A DNA stretch of 64,000 bases, taken from assembly GCF_009914755.1 (NCBI RefSeq), contig NC_060935.1. One strand, written 5' to 3'. Below, piece by piece: positions 13,309 to 31,338 of the stretch. The translations under genes were made by a program, and so were the position numbers. The stretch is from the human T2T-CHM13v2.0 reference genome, Homo sapiens. Every line of letters begins with the position of its first letter. Positions within the stretch are counted from its first letter, which is position 1. The notes below the pieces were generated by a model, which saw only the letters and a program-made list of their open reading frames with translations, ran no database searches and was not told the DNA's origin.

Positions 13309-14029
13309 GGCCATGATTGCATCTCTACTCAGTGTGACCCTCTCTACTCATGTCATACCAGGAATCCAAAGACGGATTTCATAGTTTCTCTAGTTAGGAA
13401 ATCTGTCCCCAGAAATTCTACCACCTCCCTCACTGCCATATTTTTACCTCTTACTGAAGAATGCATCAAAAGAATGGCCAACTCTAGTCCCCTGAGATAT
13501 CAAGTCTAAAGAATTCTTAAATAGAATCATGACAATTACTACTATTATGTTTATTATAACATGATCTAACAAAATAAAATTCTCCTAATTCACCCCGTTC
13601 CAATAAAATAGAAGTATCTGTTGACGTCGGTGATGGTATTCATCACTGAATATTGTCAGGTTTTTCAGTAGCTCAAAGTACCAAAAGTAGGTAGTTGTTC
13701 TCCTTGTTGTCAGGTCCCAAAGATCCTGGGAGTAGGTCGGGGCGGGGGGTCCTAATTATCATGGTTTTCAGAAACCTCTCCTCAAAATGTTGGTCCCAGT
13801 GTGTAGTAGCCTCTGGTGATGTAACTTCTGCTGTTAGCAATGGTGGCAATTACCCGGGACAGTAGCTCCTAATGTGGATTTCATTTTGTATTTTTTTTAG
13901 GTTCCCACTGTCCCTTTGGTGTATCTCACATCCTCAAACAGTGTCTAAGTTCTTTAATAACTGACATCACAGTGTAACTCTCATTACATCACTTCAGAGA
14001 TTGCTCACTGCAGGATTTCTAGAGACTTC

Positions 14030-14185
14030 AAGGGTAATAGTTATCACTGAATCCATATCAGAATCATTTGGAAAGCTTCTTTAAAACAGAGATTTGTAGG
14101 CTCAGCCCACAAAAGTCTGTAAAGCCCTGAGGGTTGAATAATTCTAACATGGTAGGACCATGGCCCTGTGTTTGAGAACTTCGAC
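14030..14185. mobile_element. MER5-like hAT DNA transposon
   Basis: atcagaatcatttggaaagctt...aaaacagagatt...tttgagaact. Confidence 0.5.
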
Positions 14186-14189
14186 TCTA

Positions 14190-14700
14190 ATGCTAGCCTA
14201 GAGTGTTCTTTCATGCAACAAACTTAATTTTAGGAAGTGTCACTAACAGCTCACAGTTCTATTTTTCTAACTAGTCCCTTAGCCAACAGTCTCTGTTTCT
14301 TGAGTATCTCAAATTCCTTTCCCATCAGGGTCTTTGCACTTTATGTTTTTTTTTTTTTTTTTGGAAACATCTCTGCCTTTCATCATCATGTCTCTGCTTT
14401 CTTCTCATCACTAAAGCCTTAATTCCATGTTTCCCTTCTCAAAGAGATGTCTTCTCTGACTAGCCATTAAAAGTAGTGACTCTTCCTCATTCAGTCTCCT
14501 CTTATTCTGTATTTTTTTCACATCAAGTACCAGTAGCTGAAATTATATTACTTATATATGTCTTTCATGGATTAGTTTTATTTTCCCAGCACTGCACTGT
14601 GTTCACAATGGAGCACCAGCCCTTATCCATTGGTCCCAGAAGTACAGCCAATATTCAAAAGTGTCTGACACAAAATAGAAATGCAATAAATTGAATGCAT
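14190..14700 (+). mobile_element. L2 LINE 3' region
   Basis: tcagggtctttgcactt...cttctcaaagagatgtcttctctgac...aataaattgaatg. Confidence 0.6.
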
Positions 14701-15782
14701 ATAAAAAGGAAATAATGTATGTTTCACATTACTTGATATCTAATTAGCAACATAACTTGGGACAACAAACAATTATTCTGGAATATCTCTTAACTCCCTT
14801 GGCTTAAACCATTGAGGGATGCCAAATACGTACATGAACACAATCATCACCACCAAGAAGTTTCCTAGAGTTTCCATCTTGTTAGAGTATACAGATTACT
14901 TGAACTGAAGTATACAGATTACTTGATAAACATCCCTAATTCCTCTTTCAACACTCCCTACCCACCTTGTCTATATTTATACATATATTAAAACTGCATC
15001 CTAGAATCAAGACTGGGTATTGAACAATTGTTTAAAACAGATGTAACAACTAAATCTTATTAGTAACCCTTAATAATGTTAGCATTAAAATGTCCTAAAA
15101 TATGAACAAATCAAGACACTTATCCAAAGGATGCTCCAAGTGTTTGACACTTCTTTTTTCCTTTATAGGTTGTGACTAGAGTTCGCAAATGTTCATTTCT
15201 GGTGAGTAATTAATAATGAAATCACTTTCTGAACTATTGTCTAAGAAACTCAGTCAGACTTCTTCAGCCCTTCTACATTTTAAATTAAATCCAGAATGAC
15301 TTTGGTGCGGCTGGTAAGGTGATTTACTTTCCTTCTATATGTAGCACAATAAACTTGTTTCTGGAGAATTAGTGTTTTACTTCACATCCAGGCCAATCCA
15401 GACCCCAAAAATCCATCAAGTAAGTCTCACTAAACAAATATTAAAATCCTTGAAAAGAACAAACTTTAGTTATAGGTATGATATAAACAGTCTACAAAGG
15501 CCATGTAGAAAGAAATATATTGTATTGCTTAGTGGAATTTTCATTATAGAAGTGTACACAATGTACGCTTCTTTCATGTTCTTTTCATAAAAATTGGCTA
15601 CTATAAATGAAAATGGGCTTATTGCAAGTAAAATTGAAGCCTATATTTGCCATGAGAAGAAAATCTACTCATTGTTATCAGAAAATGTACTCATTATTAG
15701 GAAAAAAAAGAATATTGACTGTATAGGTACTACATATTAGTCATTTCATAAGAAGCTTTATATATGTTATTTTTACATAGTG

Positions 15783-16225
15783 TGCTATGGTTTGAATGTG
15801 GTATGTCACCACCAAACCTCATGTTCAAATTTGATCTCCACTCTAGCAATGCAGAATGGTGGGGTCCAGACGGAGGTGTCACGGGGTGGATCTTTCACGC
15901 ATAGATTAGTGCTCTTATGCTGGTCTGACTGAGTTCTTGCCCTCTTGGGAAAAGATTAGTTCCTGAGACAGTGAATTGTTAAAAAGAGTATGCCTTCCTT
16001 TTTTTCTCTTGCTTCTTCTCTTGCCATGTGTTCTCTGCACACACCTGATCCTCTTCTTAATTCTGCTTTCCGCCTTGAGTGGAAGCAGCATGAGGCCCTT
16101 ACCAAATTAAGCTGCCCAATTTTGGACTTTTCAGACACAGGAATCATGAGCCAAATAAACCTCTTTTCTTCATCTGTTACCCAGCATTGGGTCTTTGATT
16201 ATACAACACAAAACAGACTAACACA
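15783..16225 (+). mobile_element. MST-family (MSTC/D-like) MaLR solo LTR inserted in a MIR
   Basis: tgctatggtttgaatg...aaacagactaacaca; perfect 5-bp TSD TAGTG (15778-15782 / 16226-16230). Confidence 0.85.
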
Positions 16226-16908
16226 TAGTGCAAACAACCCTGGCTATATATACCAAAACTCCATTTTAAATGAGTAAATTTAGTCTCAGAAAAGTCATCA
16301 AAGCTAGTTAGAGAAAGAACTTGGAAAGTAACTATGACCTCAAAGTCCATACTGTTTTCCTTATCTCATGTTGATTCTCTTTGTGCTAATGACAGCCTAT
16401 GTTAGTATAACCTCAATTTTTAAATCAGCTACAAAGACTTCATGAAAACTTTGTCTCATAGCAATATTGCAGCACTATTTAGCAAGTTCTAAGACTGTTT
16501 CATTTTTCTTTTTTTCTTTTTAAGACAGTTTCTTGACATGATCTACCATGGAGAAAAATTGTGCTTAAAACACGGCACTTTCTAACAACTTAATCATTGA
16601 ACATATTTGGTCATTCATAATATACCATATTATTCTTTTAGTATTGTTCAAATCTTTTATACTTTTAATGGTCTAGCCACTTCTTTTTCTTTTTTTTTAT
16701 TATTATTATACTTTAAGTTTTAGGGTACATGTGCACAATGTGCAGGTTCATTACATATGTATACATGTGCCATGTTGGTGGGCTGCACCCATTAACTCAT
16801 CATTTAGCATTAGGTATATCTCATAATGCTATCCCTCCCCCCTCCCCCCACCCCACAACAGTCCCCAGTGTGTGATGTTCCCCTTCCTGTGTCCATGTGT
16901 TCTCATTG

Positions 16909-20731
<3,823 letters not shown>

Positions 20732-20794
20732 TATGATGTTAGCTGGTTATTTTGCTCGTTACTTGATGCAGTTTCTTCCTAGCCTTGATGGTCT

Positions 20795-21818
20795 TTACAA
20801 TTTGGCATGTTTTTGCAGTGGCTGGTACCAGTTGTTCCTTTCCATGTTTAGTGCTTCCTTCAGGAGCTCTTTTAGGGCAGGTCTGGTGGTGACAAAATCT
20901 CTCAGCATTTGCTTGTCTGTAAAGTATTTTATTTCTCCTTCACTTATGAAGCTTAGTTTGGCTGGATATGAGATTCTGGGTTGAAAATTCTTTTCTTTAA
21001 GAATGTTGAATATTGGCCCCCACTCTCTTCTGGCTTGTAGAGTTTCTGCTGAGAGATCAGCTGTTAGTCTGATGGGCTTCCCTTTGTGGGTAACCTGACC
21101 TTTCTCTCTGGCTGCCCTTAACATTTTTTCCTTCATTTCAACTTTGGTGAATCTGTCAATTATGTGTCTTGGAGTTGCTCTTCTCGAGGAGTATCTTTGT
21201 GGTGTTCTCTGTATTTCCTGAATTTGAATGTTGGCCTGCCTTGCTAGACTGGGAAAGTTCTCCTGGATAATATCCTGCAGAGTGTTTTCCAACTTGGTTC
21301 CATTCTCCCCGTCACTTTCAGGCACACCAATGAGACGTAGATTTGGTCTTTTCACATAGTCCCATATTTCTTGGAGGCTTTGTTTGTTTCTTTTTATTCT
21401 TTTTTCTCTAAACTTCTCTTCACACTTCATTTCATTCATTTCGTCTTCTATCACTGATACCCTTTCTTCCAGTTGATCCCGTCAGTTACTGAGGCTTGTG
21501 CATTCGTCACGTAGTTTTCACACTGTGGTTTTCAGCTCCATCAGGTCCTTTAAGGACTGCTGTGCATTGGTTATTCTAGTTATCCATTCATCTAATTTTT
21601 TTTTCAAGGTTTTTAACTTCTTTGCCATTGGTTCGAACTTACTCCTGTAGCTCATAGCTCAGAGTAGTTTGATCTTCTGAAGCCTTCCTCTCTCAACTCG
21701 TCAAAGTCATTCTCCATCCAGCTTTGTTCCATTGCTAGTGAGGAGCTGTGTTCCTTTGGAGGAGTAGAGGCGCTCTGATTTTTAGAGTTTCCAGTTTTTC
21801 TGCTCGTTTTTTCCCCAT
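20795..21818 (-). pseudogene. L1 ORF1p remnant (frameshifted N-terminus; C-terminal ~219 codons open)
   Basis: ORF 20795..21454 encodes ...YVKRPNLRLIGVPE...YPAKLSF... (ORF1p RRM and CTD). Confidence 0.9.
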
Positions 21819-23649
21819 CTTTGTGGTTTTATCTACTTTTGGTCTTTGATGATGGTAATGTACAGATGGGTTTTTGGTGTGAATGTCCTTTCTGTTTGTT
21901 AGTTTTCCTTCTAACAGTCAGGACCCTCAGCTGCAGGTCTACTGGAGTTTACTGGAAGTCCACTCCAGACCCTGTTTGCCTGGGTATCAGCAGCAGTGGC
22001 TACAGAACAGCAGATATTGGTGAACTGCAAATGCTGCTGCCTGATCGTTCCTCTGGAAGTTTTGTCTCAGAGGAGTACCCGGCCGTGTGACGTGTCAGTC
22101 TGCCCTTACTGGGGGGTGTCTCCCAGTTAGGCTACTCGGGGGTCAGGGACCCACTTGAGGAGGCAGTCTGCCCATTCTCAGATCTCAAGCTGCATGCTGG
22201 GAGAACCACTGCTCTATTCAAAGCTGTCAGACAGGGACATTTAAGTCTGCAGTGGTTATTACTGTCTTTTGTTTGTCTGTGCCCTGCCCCCAGAGGTGGA
22301 GCCTACAGAGGCAGGCAGGCCTCCTTGAGCTGTGGTGGGCTCCACCCAGTTCGAACTTCCTGGCCGCTTTGTTTACCTACTCAAGCCTGAGCTATGGTGG
22401 GCACCCCTCCCCCGCCTCGCTGCCACCTTGCAGTTTGATCTCAGACTGCTGTGCTAGCAATGAGCAAGGCTCTGTGGGCATAGGACCCTCTGAGCCATGT
22501 GAGGGATATAATCTCCTGGTGTGCCGTTTGATAAGCCCATTGGAAAACCACAGTATTAGGGTGGGAGTGACCTGATTTTTCAGGTGCCGTCTGTCACCCC
22601 TTTCTTTGAGTAGGAAAGGGAATTCCCTGACCCCTTGTGCTTCCTGGGTGAGGTGATGCCTCACCCTGCTTCAGCTCATGCACAGTGCACTGCACCTACT
22701 GTCCTGCACCCACTATCCAGCACTCCCCAGTGAGAGGAACCCAGTACCTCAGTTGGAAATGCAGAAATCACCCATCTTATGTGTCGCTCATGCTGGGAGC
22801 TGTAGACTGGAGCTGTTCCTATTCAGCCATCTTGGCTCCCCTCTCTTATTTTTCTAAAATGCTTCAAAAATAACACATATCCTCCCCCAGTTCCTCTTAA
22901 TACCACCTTACCTCTCCTTTCAAACTAAAGTTGTTTTGGTTTGCTCTTTCTTATTTGAAGATTGTTTTTCTGAATCCATATGCCAAAACCATTCCTTCAC
23001 CCATTGAGTAACTTGTATTTTTCCCCCAAATATTATGTTTTAGGGCCTTTGATTTGTTCTCTTTGATTCTGACCTGACTGAAGCAATGGTCTTTGATCTT
23101 GACTGGATCAGGTCTTCCAAATCTCCTAATGAGATATTAGGCTTTGGGTGGAAATAGAAATAATAAAAAGACAATGATTTGAAGAAAACATAAAAAATCA
23201 GGAAAAGGTTGCATAGTCTCTACTATAACCATCAATTCATATTTATTCAATACCTACTGGATACATGATATGAACTAGAAAAAATAAAAATTCAATTATC
23301 AGCTAGCTGACTAATTAAAAATTGGCTAAATAGTACCTTCAGAGTCACAGGCAACTAGAAATAGAAGGACTTTAGAGATCATCCACTCAAACCATGCCAT
23401 TTTTTAAATGATCAGAAAGTTAAATGTTAAATGTTAAATGCTCCAGACTAGGGCCTGGATCAGACACTTAGGTGATGCCAAAAATTCCACGTAAGCTCAA
23501 ACATTTTCCAATAGATTTACAGTCTGGGAGAATTTCAGGAGGATTTAACAAAAATACAAAATGATCAGAACAAGTTTGTAGGATAAAAAGATAAAATCAA
23601 AGATTTGTGAAGTAGTTAGAAAGGCCATGGAAGAAACACTGTCATTCCG

Positions 23650-24330
23650 ACTTTATATTTTACTGGTTAAAGCATGGATTTAGATCTCTATTTTACTTCC
23701 TAGGCGTATCATATGTTACCTTGGGCAGGTTGATTAATCTGTCTCCATATATTTAATATAAAATGGATTTGATAATGTCAAAAATGTGATCAGAATAATA
23801 AATAAAATAATGCATATTTATTTCTTAGGGATTGAATTTGGCTGCATGTATATAAAATCCATTTACAAAGTTTCACCCAATGGGTGAAATGTATTTCACA
23901 AACTCAGCCTATACGTAGGCATTTCAGGGTTGGCACAGATGTGCTAGGCTCCTTCTATCCTCCTGCTCCATTGTCCTTTATATGAGGTTGCATCCCCATG
24001 GTGGCCTGACAGGAACTAAAAGGCTGCTCAACTCAATGTTCACATATGCACTTCAGGTAGAAAACAGAAGAAACTAGGGAGAGGCAGGACTTTCCCAGAA
24101 ATCTTTAGCAGACTTCTCAATCTAAATCTTTAGCCAGAACTTTGTCACATGGCTCTTCAAGACAAACTAAGAAAAGTAGCTCTTAAGCCAGGCACAAAAT
24201 TTAGGAGTCTGTTAATACAGAAGCATGAATACAGGAAAGACAATTGACCATATCTACTCCAACAATTAAGGTAGTTATCACTGTGCCTGGCATATAATAA
24301 GTACTCAAGAATATGACATATTATTATTAA
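23650..24330 (+). mobile_element. MIR split by an old MLT1-like insertion (~23820-24220)
   Basis: MIR core accttgggcaggttg and 3' end gtgcctggcatataataagtactcaa on either side of MaLR-like sequence. Confidence 0.45.
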
Positions 24331-27300
24331 TACAAACAAGGCTCCAGGAAAAAATGGGATTGCCTACCATATTTCAGTATTGTGACAGAGAGTTGTATGT
24401 ATGTTGTTTTATTCAATTACCACCATGACCCTATAAAGTAATTCAGTTTGGTATGCCAATAATGTTTTGGAGTAAAAAACATTAATGCTTAAAGAGAAGT
24501 GAAAAATCTTGTCTATGTTCCCCCACTAGGCAATGACTGAGCTGCTATTCAAATTCAAGTCCATTTGACTCCAGAAGTCCATTTTTCTGCTCATACTTCC
24601 ACTCTGTGTCACTTTTTTTTTTTTTTTTTTTTTGCCAAGGAGAATGACACCATGGATACTATACTGTTTCCTGAAGTGATCTTTCTTGGACTTGATTCAA
24701 GTCCTTGGACTTGAATTTCTTGGACTTGATTGGTCTTCTAGAGACAGGCCATTCTAAGCTGTGAGGTGTGAGTACGAGCTGTCAGTAAGGTACTTAGGAG
24801 TAATGTGAGATTGAAAACACAGGCAGCAGATCCAAAGGAACATTCCTAACAGACATATGACTCATTTGGAGCCTGCTCCACAGCACATGCAGCCCCCGCA
24901 CACTCAGTACCTTAGAACTGAACAATGCACTCCCACACCTCATTCCTGAGATACGCAATCTTCTTACTGCCAACGGATCAATAGGAGCAAATATACTGCA
25001 CAAATGAGTCACATGGTGTACTTGTCAGCATGTCTGTGCAACAGAACTCTGAGTGCTTCTGGGTTTTTGGAAGACCATTACGAGGTAGGATTTCTCACTT
25101 CCTTCCTAGATTGGAGGCATAGTTGGCTGTGCCTCTCTAATCTCCCTGAGACTCTCTCAGAAGGTTTTCAACAATAAACAGGAAAGAACTATGCTCAAAT
25201 AATAAGTGATAATTTACCCCTGACTATTACATAAAAGAGGTTTCAGATTAAGTTAAATGAGTACCCCACCACCACCATTTCCAAAGTATCTGAAAAATAT
25301 TAAAGATGACACATGATTTGTAGGACACAATAACTTGAAGAAATGTGTGAACACTCCCCAGTCTACATGTGTGGATAAAAATAAAAATTAGTGATTTGAG
25401 TGGACTGAGAATAAACAGACTGAACAGACATACCAAACCAGATGTGGATAGATGTGAGCATGATCTTCTCTTACATGATTCTTTTTTAGAGCTGATGGAA
25501 AAACTGAAGTGCATGGTAGTCTTAGGAGACTCTTCACTAACATGGGCAATAATAACCCCTGCAGCCATTGTTCCTAAGTGTTGATATTCATATGGTTGGA
25601 ATAACAGGAGCCTCCTTAAAATGGCTGAAGTAACAGGAAATATTTATTATACCTATTATTTATTCAAAGTCTACTTCTTCAGACCTCCAGTGTAGTTCCA
25701 CTCTTTTACAGTGTTGAAAAAACAGTAGTGAAACAAATACAGAAGCTATCTGTTGTGGTATATTCTATTAAGAGAATCTGATCAAAAAAGAAAAAAAAAC
25801 TCAAACAGCAATACCCATGTTGTGCTAAATGCTGTGAGGAAAACAAGCAGAGTGACCTAAGGTAAAGAGCATGACAAGAGCTATTAAGGGAATGTTTCTG
25901 CTAGGAAGTGACATTCAAGATGAAATGAGAATGGCCTAAGGAGTTAGCCATGTTGAGGCCCTGACAAGAGTACCCATTAATTCAAGAGTAGAAGTGTGGA
26001 GCCCAAAACTGAAAACTGAAAAGTTATCAGGGACTACAAAGTCATCAGGAACCAAAACAGCCATTCTCTCAAGGGCTAAACCATGCCCATCTCTGCGTTT
26101 TTTCTGTGCTTATCCTTAATTCTGTCTTTAACCCAACTGTATCAGTACTGCCTGACAAAAGTTCATCTAGATAACTGATCAGAGTTACTATCTTACAAAT
26201 TTAAATTTCAAGAAGAATCTGTTTGGCTCAACTTGAGCCAGCTGACCAGTTTTGACTCAATGATCTGTGACCTGTTGGACACATTTCCAACCTCTGCTCT
26301 TCATGAAGTGGGGTGAGAAGAGAGAAATGTTGGCTCTCTAAAAAGGGCTTATGGAGTTCAGTAAAGTGGATTTTTTGAGAACATTCTGTTCTTTAATTCT
26401 TCAGTGGTTCATCTCACTATTCTCTCATCTATCCATTAACCAAGTTAATACATGATTAAAGAGTTCACTATATTCCTGTTAGTCTTTATCTAGGTGCAGG
26501 GGTTTGGGTGAGGAGACGAGTAGTACAGAACTGGGATGCAAATACAGGAGGGTACATTCTACTAGAAAAGTCAAATACAGAAATATCTATAATTTAGAGA
26601 TGAAAATTCCATAAGAGGCACACAAATATATTAAGGCGTTTTAGCACAGACAGAAAGACGCATACCTTTGTTCATTAATCATATATGGGTTCTCATTTCT
26701 CAGAGAAATAGTCGACATAAAGTTCCAAGCCATGGGCAGGATTTTCAATGTGCCATTGCCTTCTCATGACATCCTGTAAAGTTAACTTCCATCAGAAAAG
26801 TAAACATAGCAGGGGAGGTAATGGGTTTCTGTCAGGGAAAGTGTGGAGAAGCCAGAAGGCTAAGTGCTATATCAATAATAAATGTGTATGAATACACTAT
26901 GGCTTGTAATTAAACCAGGCTTTCCCAAGAGTCAATAGGGTTCTTCAGAAACATGATTATCTTTGCCAGGATACTGCTGTGCTGGTGTAAGAATGCAGCT
27001 GAGATTTTTTGATGGATTATACTAGTACATCACTTTATATTTCCTCAACTAAATTCACACTTATGATCAAATTCGCATCTAAAATTAACTATTGCACTGG
27101 GAGTTTTGGAATCAAACCTTTATTATCTCCATTATCAAAAGTAACATTTTACCCCCCTTTGTAGGAGAAAAATTATCTGAGCTAACGTTTAAGAGATTAA
27201 GATGTGAGGAATTATTAGTCACCTTATATAGATATAATAGGATGTTAAACATTATTTTTTTTCTGTTCTTTGCAAGTCCTGTAGAAGCTTCAACAGTTGA

Positions 27301-28027
27301 AGACAATACAATAGGCAGTGGTCCTCATAATTAGGATACATTGAAGCTGTTGATAATGGACCTTCAATCTTTAGTTCATCAACCACTTAGAGGTTGCAGG
27401 TTTAAGATGTGGGTGGAAAAGAATACTTGGAAGAGGTTTTCTCAATCACTAAACCATCACCATGAATGTTGAGAGAAGGGTGTCTCTTTTTCATCTAAAA
27501 CTAAATGAGAAGTTTTAGGAGAAACACTGAAAAGCTTGGCTGTGGTTTGAGTTGATGGTAGTGGCACAGAAAGGGAAGATACAGACTGAGGAGAGAGTTG
27601 TAAGTGGACAAATAGAGAAGATTTCACTTTCAGTGGCTCTATCTGTATTAGGGGAGGTTCCTATGAGAAGAACCACTGAAGACCCCAAAAAGGGCTGTTC
27701 GTAATAGAAACCCTCAGCTTTGGCACTACCAAACACAGGCATTAACAAAATCCGAATGTGGCTTCTAGATCTTCTTGTCCAAATCCATCAAGGCCTGACT
27801 CTAGAGGGACCCCCAATAGTAGCAAATGAATGAGAATAAAAAATGGAGAGAGGAAGAATCAACCAAAATCTTCCTTCCCTTTAGTGAATAAGCCTCAACT
27901 GGGCAAAGTCAGAAGGCTAAAATTGAGTAGGAGTTTTTATTAGACTGGGCTGGTTAGTTTTACTATCTGAGAATGACCAGAAGAGTTATAAGCTGTGCCT
28001 GAGATTTTATTCAGGGAAGCAGTACAT

Positions 28028-28710
28028 TGTAGTTTTAAGGTGTGTCTACAAATTCTTTGATACTCCTTCCTTCAAATGGTAGAGTTTAACCCACTTCATC
28101 TTGAGTGTGGGCTAGACTTAATGACTTTCTTCTAAAGAAAAGACTATAAAGGAAGTAAGTTGGGCACAGTGGTGTATGCTTGTAATCCCAGCTACTTGGG
28201 AGGCTAAAGCAGGAGGATTACTTGAGCACATGGATTTGAATCCAGCCTGAGCAACATAATGAGACCTCGTCTCTGGAAAAAAAATAAAAATCAAATATGG
28301 AAAAAGTGATGGAGTATGACTAGGGACTATGTTGTAAAAGACATCACATTAGCTTCTTCCTTGCCTTCTTGCATAGATTAGTCACTTTAGAGTAAGCCAG
28401 TTGTCATGCCATGAGGACACTCAAGCAAGTCTATGGGGTCTCTGTGTTGAGAACTGAGAGCTTCTACCCAGAGACATATTAGTGACCCAGCTTGAAAGTG
28501 AGTTTTCCAGACTTAGTCAAGTCTTCAGATAACTATAAACCCCATTGACATTATGACTATAGCCACAATAGAGTGTGAGAGCCAGAACCACCTGACTAAG
28601 CTGTTTCTAGATTTCTGACTTTCAGAAACTGTGTAAGATATTGCGTGTTTGTTATTATAAGCTGCCAAATTTGGGGGTAATTTGTTATGCAGCAATAGAT
28701 AAATAATACA
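28028..28710 (+). mobile_element. MLT1F/G-like MaLR LTR interrupted by a FLAM
   Basis: acaaattctttgatactcct...ttggggtaatttgttatgcagcaatagataaataataca. Confidence 0.75.
28159..28290 (+). mobile_element. FLAM (free left Alu monomer)
   Basis: Single ~130-bp Alu monomer with A tail. Confidence 0.75.
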
Positions 28711-28909
28711 TAGTATTAAATCCACAGAAAAGATTAAAAGGGGCAGATGGGAAACAGAATCTAATTGCCTCCTGATTGCACTATACCAAGCCCAGCTTAT
28801 TTAATTATCAGTCACAAAGAAAGCAGGTTTAATACCTCACAATAATGACTTCTCTTCACTCAATCTCTGTCTCAATAGTTGGAATAATTTTTATAAGTAT
28901 GAAATACTG

Positions 28910-29220
<311 letters not shown>

Positions 29221-29299
29221 GAAAGACTGAGTTGCTCACCAGGTGATTTGGAAAGGTCAATTCTAAATAAAGTCCAACACTCCTGATTATGGGATAGAA

Positions 29300-29440
29300 C
29301 ATGGTTTAGCAGAGTAGTTACAAGTAGTCTTTGGTGCCAGATTAAACTGAATCTAACCTTTATCACCTATTAGAAACGTGACTTAGAGAAGTAACAACTG
29401 TTCTCTGCTTCAGTTTTCTTATCTGTAAAAGAGAGTAATA
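29300..29440 (+). mobile_element. MIR SINE
   Basis: gtgacttagagaagtaac...cttcagttttcttatctgtaaaa. Confidence 0.65.
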
Positions 29441-29816
29441 AGGAAAAACAATCCTTGTGGTGGTGAGATTATCAATTTTAGATACTCTACAGAAAAAATT
29501 GCAATAGGTCAAAGTATAAGACGACTACCATTTCTTCCCATCTCTCCAATCATGGGAACAGAAGTACGGGTATCCACCTCTCCTTCTGTGTTCTAAAAAT
29601 AACAATGGTAAAAACGAACCATTGACAATGAAAGCTCAGCAGGGAAATCTGTGAAATATCTACAAATCAGGAGGAGATAAAATGATAGGAGTGGCTCCAT
29701 TGTTCCTTGAAGTTGCACTGACACATAGTACTTTGAAGAAAACTGAAAAAAATATCTTTTTCCCGTGTCAAAAATGCAGGGCATGGTTAATTGAGATGAT
29801 GGGAGGCTAAAGTCAT

Positions 29817-29860
29817 CACACACACACACACACACACACGCAAACATGCACACACATACA
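29817..29860. repeat. (CA)n microsatellite
   Basis: Direct reading. Confidence 0.95.
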
Positions 29861-30704
29861 TTCCTTTGGACCTGGCACTAACACCAAAAGGTATGAAATT
29901 TGCACAGCACCAAATGGCAGTGAGGAGTCTGAGACCAGGTCATTTCTTAAAGGAGAAGTGGCAGATCACAGGTACAGAGAAGAGACAGGAACACTACATG
30001 AAAAAGAGATCTCACCTCATGGCACCTCAGCCCTTCTCCCCTAAATCACATACCACCAAATCTCACCTGGTCTGAGAACATCACTCCAACCATTTCTAGT
30101 ATATACATGCTTTTACCAGAATTCAAAGTGTATTTGCCTCAGAGAAAGGTGCATGAGATGGATAACAGTTAGAGAACCTACTCATCAAGACGGAAAATTC
30201 AACAAAACCTCTGTGTAGACTTTGGAACTTTGAGGAACATGTACTTTTAGATCCCCGAATGCAGATGGAGATAAAGTGAGGACATTTCCTCAACTTCTCC
30301 CCTGTGGTTGAAGAAAAGCCTACCATTAGACATTCCTGTAAAGTGTCTAGCATTACCCCTGGCACAGAGCTTAAGTGTATTAAATGAATGATGGGTAGTA
30401 AATCAGGATCTACAGAATTTCTTACTCCAAAACTTTGAAGTGAGATCATAGACCCAGATATAGAAAGTCCAGGGACCTTGTCTGTCCTCTACCTATTTGC
30501 AGTTTTTCCTATGGAAGCCAAAGCCCTTGAGAACTAAGGTCAGCTGACTTTGCAAGCAGCATCACCTCTGAGGCATCACAAGCCTCAGGGTCCCTCATAA
30601 GCCTCTAATTCAAGGTTTCATCCATGGCAAGAGAAACTGTTACCTGGAAGGGAGAAGTGAGAAAGACAGCCTTGCTACGGATCAGCAGATTTTACAGCTT
30701 CATG

Positions 30705-30916
30705 TGTGGCAAGTTTGTTGACATCAACACTATTGACATGTTGGACCAGAAATTATTGTGAGGGCTGTCCTGTGCATCCTAGAACATCTAGCCACCTCCC
30801 TGGCCTCTACCCACTACATGCCAGTGGTACCTCTTCTCCGTTGTGACAAACAAAAACATTTCCAGACATTGCCAAATGTCCCCTGTTGGCAGAATCTCTC
30901 CCAGTTGAAAAGCAGT
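30705..30916. mobile_element. MER20 hAT DNA transposon
   Basis: cactattgacat...gggctgtcctgtgcat...cctggcctctacccacta...ccagacattgccaaatgtcccctg...ccagttgaaaa. Confidence 0.85.
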
Positions 30917-31185
30917 TTTCCTGTCACAGGAAACTCATCTCAAACTGAGTGCAGCACAAAAGGAGCTAATTGATTTCTATGATGAAAAAGTTTAGGCATG
31001 GAACCTGCCTCAAGAACAGCTGGATCCAGAGGCTTAGATGATATGACTTAGGCTCTGTTCCTTTCCCTCTTCCTAAATCCTTTAGTGTTAGCTCCATTTT
31101 CATGCAGACTATCTAGATAAGATTATTGCCAAAAATTCTAAAATTACATCTTTCATTTTAGAAATAAAAAAAAAAAAATCCTTCA

Positions 31186-31338
<153 letters not shown>

